DNA of 64,000 bases from a virus (Duplodnaviria; Caudoviricetes), in the IMG/VR virus record IMGVR_UViG_3300033069_001378, positions 160,001-224,000 of that record, one strand, 5' to 3'. How positions within the stretch are numbered: the stretch's first letter is position 1; each line of letters opens with the position of its first letter. Both the position numbers and the translations under genes were made by a program. The notes below the pieces were generated by a model. That model was not told the origin of the DNA, did not search any database, and saw only the letters and a list, made by a program, of their open reading frames with translations. Shown here in pieces: positions 39,563-49,043 of the stretch.

Positions 39563-40330
39563 TCAGATAGGAGTTGATCTCTCATATCTGACTCCCATCC
39601 AATCTATATCAAAACCACGCGCAGTAGTACCAAGGCTCTTGAGTATGCCTGCATGGACTCCTGTAGCTCTTGCAACCAATGTTGGAATGGTTCCTGTGTT
39701 TGTAGCAACTATAACGCCGTTGATCGAGTATCTAACTGAGCTTGTACCAACCACTTCTATCTCCAAACACTGATATAGAGAACCTGTTGCGTTTGTTGAG
39801 GAGCTAACAACGGTTTCAACGCTGTTTGCTCTGTTGACACATTGCCATTGACCAGACATTACGTTATGCGTATATCTGAAATATGCGCCATCAACACCGT
39901 TTCCTGGTGCAGCAACGTCGTTGAATCCAAACCAAGTGGTGAAGGTGTTTGATGCGTCACTTGCAACGTCTTGCAAAACATCTGCTCTATATCTAAATGT
40001 GCCAGAACCAAACACAAGTGTTGCAGGCAGAGACGTAATTGAAGCAGATCCAGATGCACCTGCACCTGTACCACAACGAACAATTCCAATTCTTCCCATT
40101 ACTGCTGTGCCTGTGGCAATTGTTCCACCAACAGCAACGGTTGAGATAAATGGAGCCAGTCCGTTTGTTATGTTAACAAAATCCGAGTAAAGTGTGGTTA
40201 CATCTTGCGATCTATAACTTGGAAAGTTGAACATCGGATCAATGTCTTGGGTATATGCTCCGCTGACTGTATCTGTTCCGTTGTAAAATAGTTGTGTGTT
40301 AGGATTTCCTAAAGTTCCATAATATGCCAT
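39563..40330 (-). CDS. Putative tail-fibre-associated protein (beta-sandwich/lectin-like)
   Basis: Beta-rich, G/T/S-rich; DGAYFRY, VRYSINGVIVAT, DIDW; directly after the 2179-aa fibre gene. Confidence 0.55.
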   Translation of the reverse strand: MAYYGTLGNPNTQLFYNGTDTVSGAYTQDIDPMFNFPSYRSQDVTTLYSDFVNITNGLAPFISTVAVGGTIATGTAVMGRIGIVRCGTGAGASGSASITSLPATLVFGSGTFRYRADVLQDVASDASNTFTTWFGFNDVAAPGNGVDGAYFRYTHNVMSGQWQCVNRANSVETVVSSSTNATGSLYQCLEIEVVGTSSVRYSINGVIVATNTGTIPTLVARATGVHAGILKSLGTTARGFDIDWMGVRYERSTPI

Positions 40331-40336
40331 AATAAA

Positions 40337-43300
40337 TCAGCTTACTCCCCACATACTACTTCCGTAGTACGTTATATCAATAGATCCGTAATTAGTTGTG
40401 ATTTTGACAACCGAAGCTCCGTCTATTTTGTAGTTGCTTGAAGAGACAACGATGTTGCTTGTTCCCGCGATTCCCTTCATATCTTTGATTCTGTAAGTTC
40501 TTCCGTAGTTTGGATTTGTTGGAAGAGACATTGTGATAACAGTTGTTCCGCTAACGCCAATCAAATAGTCAGTTAGTAGTGCTGTGTAGGCACCTGTGAT
40601 GATTGTTGGGTCAAGGGTTAGTCCAGAACGCAAGTCAAGACCACCAGAGATAAGTACATCGCCTCCAAAGACAGACTTTCCTGTGCTTGCACCAACGGTT
40701 CCAGAGATAGCACCAGATACATAGAAGAACGTATCCGATCCAAGATCTTGAGCGAACACGCTTGTACCTACAGCCAAAGAAGCAGAGGTTCTAAGTCTTG
40801 GCGAAGGTGTTCCTTCTTGGAATTGGTTACTTGTTGCAGTAGCAGAACCAGAGACTTCAATCTGTCCAAGGCTGTTGGTTGTAACAGTGATAAATGGACC
40901 ACCAATAATGTAGCTGTTGCCAGTCAACGTACGCTGTAGCGAGCCAGTAAGTCCACCAGACACAACGGTTGAGAAGTTGGTACCTCCAAGAAGGATTCTG
41001 TTTGACAAGCTGGAGCTTAGACCCGAACCAATCAAGATGTTGTTGTTCGCACCTGCTGTTAGTCTGTTTGTGGAACCACCAATGATTATAGAGTTTGTTA
41101 CGTTTGTGATTGAGTGAGTGTTTCCACCAAATATGACAGAACCAGTAGATGCTCTTATGAAGCTTGAAGAAGCAACCAACAAAGATGAGTTTTCTCCACC
41201 ATTGATTGATGAATTTCCTCCTCCTAGAACAATAGAATAGATTGCACCACCAGATACGACGCTAAGCGCACCTCCTATAATTACAGAGTAATCGGAGCCA
41301 GTTAATGCGTTTGAGTTTCCTCCAATGATAGTTCCGTAGGCTGTTGAATCAAGCTTGTTTGCATTTCCACCAATTATCACATCTCTTAGATTTGGAGTAA
41401 CGTAATCAGAGGTGGCATAATTCTGATAGCCTCCGATAATAACAGTTTCAGCATTGTTGCCACCCAAAGAATTGTCAGTACCAGCAATTGTTACAGAATC
41501 GCTAAATCCTTCTGGACCATATTGATTGGAACTTCCTCCAATTGCAACGTTTCGAAAGGCGTCTTTTGTCAAAGCTCTAGAGCTAGACAGATTTGCAATA
41601 ATATTGTTTGCTCCTATGAGAGTAAATCCACCAACGTTAACTCCATTGTTGGCAAAAACATTGTTGGCACCACCAACAATGTTAACGAATGATATTCCCT
41701 TAACTGTAGCATCACCGTCTGTTATATTGTTTTGAATTTGAGAGTTGTATCCACCGATAAATTGGTTAAGGTAGACACCTCCGGTAAACGTATTTCCGTT
41801 ATCGCTGTTTATGATAGAACTAGCAAATCCACCAAGGATGCCGTTGTTCCAAGTAGCTTTGTTGATTTGGTTATTTGAGCCACCAACCATGTAGGCAAGA
41901 GAAGCACTGTTTATGATTGAGTTTGTGTCACCACCAAGAATAATAGCGCGCTCAGAACCAGATATTGTAGCTACATTGGAAGAATATATACCATTCATTC
42001 CATCGATACTTCTAGAGATTGCCGAGCCACTGGAGCCGATTATAACTTGATTGTTAGTTGTTGTGCCCGATGCTGTTGAAGCAGATATGACTGTTGAGTT
42101 ACTTGATAGTATGATTCCTGATTTGGAGGCTCTTTGTACATTGTTTGTTGTGCCACCTAAGACCAAAGCATAGTTGCTTGTTTCTATAAGACTGCTATCT
42201 GTTCCTAGAACAATTGAGCTTGTTGAAGCATTCCTTATTGCAGAGTTTGTGCTTCCTCCCATAACAGAATACTTTGAGTTGATTGTTATTGATCCAGTTG
42301 CTCCTGTAAGAATAACACCACCGAGCGAAGTGCTTATGGTATTGTTGTTGCCACCAATAATAGCAGCCAAGCCGCTTCCACTAAGGTTGTTGTCGCTTCC
42401 ACCAATGATAGCAGAGTTTACGCTAGAAGAAACATGATTTAAGTTTCCTCCACCGACAATCGAGTTGGTTGCTCGAATGATTTCATTGCTGCTTCCACCA
42501 AACACAGCGGATTGCAAACTTGCAGATATTGTTATTCCTGTTCCACCAACAATAACAGAATCATTCGCTGTACTTGTTATTGTGTTTGAGCTACCGCCAA
42601 CCAAGACAGTTCTAGCAGATCCAGAGATCAATCCGGTAGCACCTCCGAGAATCAAACTGTTCGCAGCATTGTCTTTTATAGTATGAGTGTTTCCACCAGC
42701 AATCATTGCTGCATCAGAAGAGCTTATAGTGGTAGTTAATGCACCAATTATTGCCGAGTAGTTACTGTTATTTATGAGGTTATCGGACCCACCAACAATG
42801 ACAGCTCTTAGGGAAGCCGAATTTATTGTTCCTTGAAATCCGCCAAATATTGCAGAGTTTGAACTGCCATCTTTAATAAGATGACTGGATCCTGCGTATA
42901 TGCCTGCTGCCGTAGAGCTAGAAATTTGATTTGTGCTTCCACCTGCAATAATCGCGTTCGTTGCACCACCAATGATGATATGCGTTGTACCACCAACAAT
43001 CGATCCTCTTATGGAACCAGATATGTTATTGAGTTGTCCACCCAATATCATTGCTTGTGTGCTGCCTGTTATTGCACTGGTGCTTCCACCCAACATTGCG
43101 CTATCAACGCTTCTCGATATTGTGTGGGTAGCTCCACCAATTATAACAGCTTCGGAAGCTGAATCGGCAATTTCATTTCCAGATCCAGCAAATAAACCAG
43201 AATTCAATGAGGCTGTAATCAGGTGATTTCCACCACCTATGATTGTTGAGTTTGTTGCAGCATTTAGAATGGTGCTTGTAGTACCACCAATAATCGTAGC

Positions 43301-46300
43301 TCTTTGAGTGCCTGTTATTGTATGAGACAAACCTCCCATAATGGTAGAGTTGGTGGACGTATCCTTAATGGTGTTTAAGTTGCCTGCAACTATTGCATTT
43401 TGCTGTGAGGTTGAAATACCATTTGTGACACCACCAAGCATTACGCTGTTAGCAGAAGCAGATAAGAATGAGGACGCACCAGCAAAGATGCCACCGTTTG
43501 TTGAGTTAATATGAGTGTGCAAAGTTCCATTGACAATGGTGCCTCTAGAAGAAGCCGACATGTTGTTGGAGAAACCACCAAGGATCACACCTTGTACGCT
43601 TCCCGTTAGTCCATTAGACTGTCCTGCGAACAATCCTGCTTCTAGGCTGGCTGACAATACGTTTGTTGTTCCTCCAACAACCACACTGTCTGTTGAGGTT
43701 GCCAAAATCTTGTTGGTCAAACCACCAAGCATACCTGCGTTGTTTGAGCTTGAAATGATGTTTGAGTTACCGCCAATGATGGCAGATCTAAGAGAGCTTG
43801 ATACTGTGTTTGTATTGCCTCCACCAATAAAGGAATCCAAAGAGTCAGCAGATATAGTTTGGCTTGTTCCTATGTGAGCAACTCCAGATACAACAAGATC
43901 ACCACTAAAGACAGCTACTCCTTGCGTGTAGCCCTTTGCTCCAGAAACATAAAAGAATATGTCGGATCCAAAGTCTTGAGCAAATCCTGTACCTGAACCA
44001 ATTGCAACGGAAGCACTCGTACGGATACGAGGAGACGGAGTTCCTTCAAGCCAAGAACCTGTGCTTGTTGCAGCCGGAGCAGATCCAGATATTTCTATTT
44101 GACCAAGAGAGTTCGTTGCAACCGTTATATTTGCACCAGCAATGATAAACGGATTGCCAGCAGCGGTTCTTTGCAAACTTCCAGAAAGACCAAGAGGGAA
44201 TGAAACAGATCTGTTTGACGCAGTAAGTATATTTACTCCATTTGCCGTCAAGTCAAAAGTTGCAACGTCCAAAACAGTTGCACCAGAGCCGCTCATTCTG
44301 AATGCATAATCCAAAGAAGTCCATGGGGCAATAATCAGACCACCTGTGCCCATTGAGCCCGTTCTAAAGATGATTCCAGAATCATTTGCTTGTACGTTTG
44401 GGTTATACGAACCTGCGCTTAACTTTGCATGAAGATTGATTGATGTAGCTAAATTATTTACAGCAAAATCTACTGTTGAGTTAGCTACGCTTGATTGAGA
44501 AATGGTAAGGGTACTTGCCTTTGTTTGAGCAAGAGTGCCAGTTTGAATGAATCCAAGAGAATCGATTGTATCTAAGGTGTCGGCATTTAACCCTGTGGTG
44601 TTTACCGATATTGTTATTTGTCCATTAGATGCAGTCGCAGTCGTTATGTTTGTGCCGCCAACTATGTAAGCAGAACCGTCCAAGGTTCTTTGTAATGAAC
44701 CAGTTAAACCACCGGAAACAATTGTTTGATAGCCTGTGCCACCAAGAATAATAGAATTGGCAACATTGGACGTGAGACTAGAGCCAATTAACACAGAATT
44801 ATTGGCATTTGGAGATACAGTGTTGGAGCTTCCTCCAATGATAACAGCATTTGTGCTTGCGTTGATTGTATTGCTTTGTCCACCTGCTATAACGGAATAT
44901 GTGCTTGTATCTTTTACAGTGTTTGTAGTTCCACCGATAATGCCTGCTCGTGTTGAAGCTGAAATTATATTGACAGCACCACCTCCTATAAAAGAATAGT
45001 GACTTGCATCTTTTACAGTGTTGATTTGACCGGCAACAATTCCAGAGTAATGGCTGCTAGTAATTCCAGAATTGAATCCACCAATAATTGCAGAAAGCTG
45101 TGAGCCAACAGCACTATTGGTAGTGCCACCTGCTATAAAAGAGTTATGGCTTATATCTTTTACAGTGTTTGTTGATCCTCCAACAATCACAGACTGTAAA
45201 GAAGCAGAGATTTTATTGAATCGTCCACCACCAATAAAAGCTTCATAGTTATTTACAATTGCATTCGTATAACCGCCCACCAATACAGCACGATCAGAAC
45301 CAGTAATTGCATTAGTGTTTCCAACTAGGATTGCCGCAGTACCACTTCCCGTAACTCCAGAATTGTATCCACCAACGATTACAGACATTGGTGATGATGC
45401 TGATATTTTATGAAATTGCCCACCAGCTATAACGGAATCATAACTTGCATCTCTTATTAGATTTCCATAGCCTACTACCATTCCTGCACGAGTGGATCCA
45501 GAAACTATATGATTTTGTCCACCCGCTATAACAGCATAGTGACTCAAATCTTTTATAGTGTTTGTTTGACCGCCAACAATCGCAGCAAGTTGTGAGCCAG
45601 AAATTATATGAGATGCACCTCCACCGATGAAAGAGTTAGTGCTCGTATCTTTTATGGTATTTATGTTTCCGGCAACAATTCCAGCCTGGAGAGAATCAGA
45701 AATAACGTTTGTTAAACCACCACCAATAAAGTCATTAGAAATTGTAGTGGTTGCACCTGTGATTACATGTGCAGTTCCAATTAACATGTTTCCTGAAACA
45801 TGAACATCTCCACCAAAAACAGACATTTTGAGATTGTCGAACTTAGATCCAGATGCATAAAAGAATACATTTGAACCGAAGTCTTGAGCAAAGCTTGCTC
45901 CAGTTCCGATAGCTACAGATGCCGTGGTACGCAATCTTGGGGAAGGTGTTCCTTCAACCCAGGTACCTGTTATAGCAAGCGTCGCGCCATTAACAGAAAT
46001 CGTATAAGCTCCGTTTGCGCCGCCATCAGAGGAAGACAATCCTGCTCCCATGGCAATGGTACGTTCTGCTGTAAGTGTAGCATCTGTGGTTAGTGTAAGA
46101 TATGTAGCTGTTGAAGGAGCTATACCAGTGGTGCCAATAGTGATCTGACCATTTGATGCAGTAGAAGTTGTTATGTTGGTTCCACCAACTATGTAAGCCG
46201 CGCCCGCAGCAGTCTGTTGAATCGAACCAGTCAATCCAGCAGAGAAGGTCATGTTGCCAGCTTTGGTTTGAGTTAAAGATCCAGTTTGGATAAAATCTGC

Positions 46301-46876
46301 CGCGTGCAATGCATCAAGGGTGTCAGCATCCAAACCAGATCCGGCTCCGTCGTTTGTGGAATGCCAGATTTTTGATGTAGCTCCTGCTGCGGCTGTAGAT
46401 ATGTCTATATATGCACCTCTAAATGGAGAGGCGGACTCGAAGAATCTTAAGTTGTTGATATAGTTGTCAATGTCGATTCCAGCACCAGACAAAGTGGAAG
46501 TAACAGCCTTTTCTAGAGTTAGCTGACCTCCTTCGTTTGCAAGATCTTGTTTTCTTACTGTTAATACAGATGGAACAGAAACGGCAGATGAGAAGAAAGC
46601 GACACCAGATACGGTAAGATCTCCACCAAATACTGCCTTCTTTAAGCTTGTTCCACCAATTGCACCAGAGACATAGAAATATACGTCAGAGCCAATTTGG
46701 TTGGCATACTTTCCAAGAGAATCAACAGAAACAGAAGCAGTAGCAACAAGTCTATTGCCACCATCTGTCCACTCATTCCATTCAGAAGCAGAGATTATGA
46801 TCGAAGAAGTTATGAACTTCGTTCCATCCCATTCAATGAATTCTTCTTTGTTTGATGGTTTTCCGCTAAATGTCAT
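40337..46876 (-). CDS. Giant tail-fibre/adhesin-like protein (2179 aa) with beta-helix/YadA-like repeats
   Basis: Dozens of ~14-15-aa S-x-I-x-GG-x-x-N-x-I repeats; four PRLRTTAS/FYVSG/VFGGD modules; C-terminal GRTYRIKD...IDG...NYGS domain. The true start is probably ATG 46876 because the track extension crosses a terminator. Confidence 0.8.
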   Translation of the reverse strand: MTFSGKPSNKEEFIEWDGTKFITSSIIISASEWNEWTDGGNRLVATASVSVDSLGKYANQIGSDVYFYVSGAIGGTSLKKAVFGGDLTVSGVAFFSSAVSVPSVLTVRKQDLANEGGQLTLEKAVTSTLSGAGIDIDNYINNLRFFESASPFRGAYIDISTAAAGATSKIWHSTNDGAGSGLDADTLDALHAADFIQTGSLTQTKAGNMTFSAGLTGSIQQTAAGAAYIVGGTNITTSTASNGQITIGTTGIAPSTATYLTLTTDATLTAERTIAMGAGLSSSDGGANGAYTISVNGATLAITGTWVEGTPSPRLRTTASVAIGTGASFAQDFGSNVFFYASGSKFDNLKMSVFGGDVHVSGNMLIGTAHVITGATTTISNDFIGGGLTNVISDSLQAGIVAGNINTIKDTSTNSFIGGGASHIISGSQLAAIVGGQTNTIKDLSHYAVIAGGQNHIVSGSTRAGMVVGYGNLIRDASYDSVIAGGQFHKISASSPMSVIVGGYNSGVTGSGTAAILVGNTNAITGSDRAVLVGGYTNAIVNNYEAFIGGGRFNKISASLQSVIVGGSTNTVKDISHNSFIAGGTTNSAVGSQLSAIIGGFNSGITSSHYSGIVAGQINTVKDASHYSFIGGGAVNIISASTRAGIIGGTTNTVKDTSTYSVIAGGQSNTINASTNAVIIGGSSNTVSPNANNSVLIGSSLTSNVANSIILGGTGYQTIVSGGLTGSLQRTLDGSAYIVGGTNITTATASNGQITISVNTTGLNADTLDTIDSLGFIQTGTLAQTKASTLTISQSSVANSTVDFAVNNLATSINLHAKLSAGSYNPNVQANDSGIIFRTGSMGTGGLIIAPWTSLDYAFRMSGSGATVLDVATFDLTANGVNILTASNRSVSFPLGLSGSLQRTAAGNPFIIAGANITVATNSLGQIEISGSAPAATSTGSWLEGTPSPRIRTSASVAIGSGTGFAQDFGSDIFFYVSGAKGYTQGVAVFSGDLVVSGVAHIGTSQTISADSLDSFIGGGNTNTVSSSLRSAIIGGNSNIISSSNNAGMLGGLTNKILATSTDSVVVGGTTNVLSASLEAGLFAGQSNGLTGSVQGVILGGFSNNMSASSRGTIVNGTLHTHINSTNGGIFAGASSFLSASANSVMLGGVTNGISTSQQNAIVAGNLNTIKDTSTNSTIMGGLSHTITGTQRATIIGGTTSTILNAATNSTIIGGGNHLITASLNSGLFAGSGNEIADSASEAVIIGGATHTISRSVDSAMLGGSTSAITGSTQAMILGGQLNNISGSIRGSIVGGTTHIIIGGATNAIIAGGSTNQISSSTAAGIYAGSSHLIKDGSSNSAIFGGFQGTINSASLRAVIVGGSDNLINNSNYSAIIGALTTTISSSDAAMIAGGNTHTIKDNAANSLILGGATGLISGSARTVLVGGSSNTITSTANDSVIVGGTGITISASLQSAVFGGSSNEIIRATNSIVGGGNLNHVSSSVNSAIIGGSDNNLSGSGLAAIIGGNNNTISTSLGGVILTGATGSITINSKYSVMGGSTNSAIRNASTSSIVLGTDSSLIETSNYALVLGGTTNNVQRASKSGIILSSNSTVISASTASGTTTNNQVIIGSSGSAISRSIDGMNGIYSSNVATISGSERAIILGGDTNSIINSASLAYMVGGSNNQINKATWNNGILGGFASSIINSDNGNTFTGGVYLNQFIGGYNSQIQNNITDGDATVKGISFVNIVGGANNVFANNGVNVGGFTLIGANNIIANLSSSRALTKDAFRNVAIGGSSNQYGPEGFSDSVTIAGTDNSLGGNNAETVIIGGYQNYATSDYVTPNLRDVIIGGNANKLDSTAYGTIIGGNSNALTGSDYSVIIGGALSVVSGGAIYSIVLGGGNSSINGGENSSLLVASSSFIRASTGSVIFGGNTHSITNVTNSIIIGGSTNRLTAGANNNILIGSGLSSSLSNRILLGGTNFSTVVSGGLTGSLQRTLTGNSYIIGGPFITVTTNSLGQIEVSGSATATSNQFQEGTPSPRLRTSASLAVGTSVFAQDLGSDTFFYVSGAISGTVGASTGKSVFGGDVLISGGLDLRSGLTLDPTIITGAYTALLTDYLIGVSGTTVITMSLPTNPNYGRTYRIKDMKGIAGTSNIVVSSSNYKIDGASVVKITTNYGSIDITYYGSSMWGVS

Positions 46877-46906
46877 TAAGTAAGCTCCACAAATTCTATC
46901 AATAGC

Positions 46907-46912
46907 TAAATA
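46907..46912 (-). promoter_or_regulatory. TATTTA candidate late-promoter motif
   Basis: Exact motif 30 nt upstream of ATG 46876, directly after the terminator hairpin. Confidence 0.45.
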
Positions 46913-46913
46913 G

Positions 46914-46941
46914 AAAGGGGCAATAAAAATTGCCCCTTTTT
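46914..46941 (-). terminator. Rho-independent terminator (possibly bidirectional)
   Basis: Perfect 11-bp inverted repeat AAAGGGGCAAT-4 nt-ATTGCCCCTTT with T-rich tails on both strands, downstream of 46994..48355. Confidence 0.8.
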
Positions 46942-46993
46942 CATAATGATTTCTGAAACCATATTTTCTGTGCCATAAGCACAGCAACAAGAA

Positions 46994-48355
46994 TCAGGTA
47001 ATGCCCCAATGAGTTGGAGCTCCGAAGTATTGAACTCTAACAGACTCGTAGTTAACTGCCATGTTCCAAGTAGAGGCACCGTCAATAACACCATTGCTGC
47101 AAGAAATGATGATATTGGCTGTAGAAGCATTGCCTCTTACGTCCTTGATGAAGTAGTATCTGCCAAACTCTGCAACTGTTGGTAGAGTGATTGTGTAGCT
47201 TGAAGCACCAGAGCAAGCAATGGTAGAATCGTCAGGAAGAATGGTGTACGGTCCAGTAACGATAGTTGGAACGTCAATCCAGCCACCAAACGATGTAACG
47301 GTTCCTGAGATTGTTGTCGATGGAAGTATTGCCGAAGAAGCAGATGTTGCAAGAGTACCAGAGACGTAGAATACAACGTTGGTTCCCTTATCCTGAGCAA
47401 AGACTGCACCCGCACCAATAGCAATAGATGCAGTAGTTCTAAGTCTTGGAGCAGTTGCGCTTTCAAGCCATTGTGTAGTAGAAAGAGTCCAGTTACCATT
47501 TGCACCACCATCGGAAGCGGAAAGACCGTTTCCAAGGGTGATTACACGTTCTGCTGTTAGGGTTGCATCTGTAGCTAGAACAAGGTACTGTGCGTTTGAA
47601 GGTGCAAGACCTGTTGTTGCGATTGTAACCTGTCCATTAGACGCTGTTGCTGTTGTGATACCAGAGCCAGCCAAAAGATAGGACTGACCGTTTTGAAGGT
47701 TTACAAGAGAGCCTGTGAACCATGGAGTAGACATACCAACCGAGGCTGAAATGATGTTGGATACGTTTAGGGTTCCTGTGATTACCGCTGAAGAACGGAT
47801 ATCAACAGCGCCGGAAACAAGTACGTCACCTCCGAATACGGAAATGCCGGTGGTACCTGCTCTAGAGCCAGAAACGTAGAAGAATATGTTGGAACCAAAA
47901 TCTTGGGCAAAGCCTGTTCCAGATCCTATTGCTACGGATGCTGTCGTTCTAAGTCTTGGAGAAGGAGTACCTTCAAACCATGTACCAGTTACAGCAAGAG
48001 CTGAAAAGCTGGCAGAGATGGCGTAGCTGTTGCTGACTTGGTTGATTGTGATATTAGGTCCAGCAAGCAAGGAAGCTGAAATAGCAACGTTGTTTCCTGC
48101 GCCGTAATCTGTAATGAAGATACCTGGTCCAGCGGCAAGCGTTCTTTCATTCGCAAGAGAACCTGTTGGTCCCAATGTGATATAAGAAGCAGACGGATCA
48201 AAAGATTGACCCGTGTTTGTGATAGTCATCTTTCCATCTGCTGTAGAGCTAGCAGATAGACCTGTTCCAAGAAGAATGCTGGAGGTTAGTGGTATGAAAT
48301 ACTCACCGTTCCATAAGGAACCGCTAACCCAATTAGAACGACCTGAAAATGCCAT
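46994..48355 (-). CDS. Modular tail-fibre-like protein
   Basis: Shares ERTL/DYGA, PRLRTTAS/FYVSG and C-terminal GRYYFIKD...IDG...NYES modules with neighbouring fibre genes. Confidence 0.75.
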   Translation of the reverse strand: MAFSGRSNWVSGSLWNGEYFIPLTSSILLGTGLSASSTADGKMTITNTGQSFDPSASYITLGPTGSLANERTLAAGPGIFITDYGAGNNVAISASLLAGPNITINQVSNSYAISASFSALAVTGTWFEGTPSPRLRTTASVAIGSGTGFAQDFGSNIFFYVSGSRAGTTGISVFGGDVLVSGAVDIRSSAVITGTLNVSNIISASVGMSTPWFTGSLVNLQNGQSYLLAGSGITTATASNGQVTIATTGLAPSNAQYLVLATDATLTAERVITLGNGLSASDGGANGNWTLSTTQWLESATAPRLRTTASIAIGAGAVFAQDKGTNVVFYVSGTLATSASSAILPSTTISGTVTSFGGWIDVPTIVTGPYTILPDDSTIACSGASSYTITLPTVAEFGRYYFIKDVRGNASTANIIISCSNGVIDGASTWNMAVNYESVRVQYFGAPTHWGIT

Positions 48356-48387
48356 TTTTTAAGAACTCCGTGCTTGTAATGAAAGAA

Positions 48388-48942
48388 TTACAATATCGAC
48401 CAATAGCTACCAAAGTTAAATAGCTGGACACTTTGATAATTCACCAGCAGATTATACTTATTTCTCCCGTCAATTAGATTACCATTGCCATCTATCGTGT
48501 ATGCATGAGAAGACGCATTTCCTGCTACGTCTTTGATTATCAACAGCCTGCCATTTTGATATATCGTTGGAGACGGAAGAATGATTGAAGTGGCAACAGA
48601 AGACGAAATGCCTATAATATAGTCAGAATCGAGAACACCATAAGAAGATGCTGTCACAACCGTTGGTGTTGAATAGACGGCTTGCCTAACAAACATCGAA
48701 CCAGAGATAGCAACGTCACCACCAAAAACAGAAGTGCCTTTGACGTTCCTTCGCATCGAGTTAGAAGAGCCAGATACGAATAAAAAGGTATCCCTTTGGC
48801 TTATTTGTGCAACAACGGTAGAATCGGTAATGGCACCAGCGGTGCCTGCCACGTCAATGCTATAAACAGCAAGACTGCCAACCGAACTTGTGACAATAAT
48901 CTTTCCTGTTTGTATCTGGCTGGCACGAAAATCTGCGGACAT
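48388..48942 (-). CDS. Short fibre-family structural protein
   Basis: N-terminal DFRASQIQT shared with the 871-aa fibre; FLFVSGS...VFGGDV; C-terminal GRLLIIKD...IDG...NYQS. Confidence 0.75.
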   Translation of the reverse strand: MSADFRASQIQTGKIIVTSSVGSLAVYSIDVAGTAGAITDSTVVAQISQRDTFLFVSGSSNSMRRNVKGTSVFGGDVAISGSMFVRQAVYSTPTVVTASSYGVLDSDYIIGISSSVATSIILPSPTIYQNGRLLIIKDVAGNASSHAYTIDGNGNLIDGRNKYNLLVNYQSVQLFNFGSYWSIL

Positions 48943-49043
48943 TTGGACACTTACCTAATCATAATTGTTGGTAGTCTATATGGAAAATATGGCAAGCTCC
49001 AACAGTGATTTTGATGAAGCAAAATTGATTGTTCATCTTCTTG

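Noticed and set aside
46877-46990. N-terminal extension of the 2217-aa ORF (and similar extensions at 12561, 18464, 22203, 27066, 27929, 30278, 33071, 37158, 59801)
   Set aside because: The extensions cross a terminator or overlap neighbouring genes; downstream ATGs give coupled starts and family-typical N-termini.
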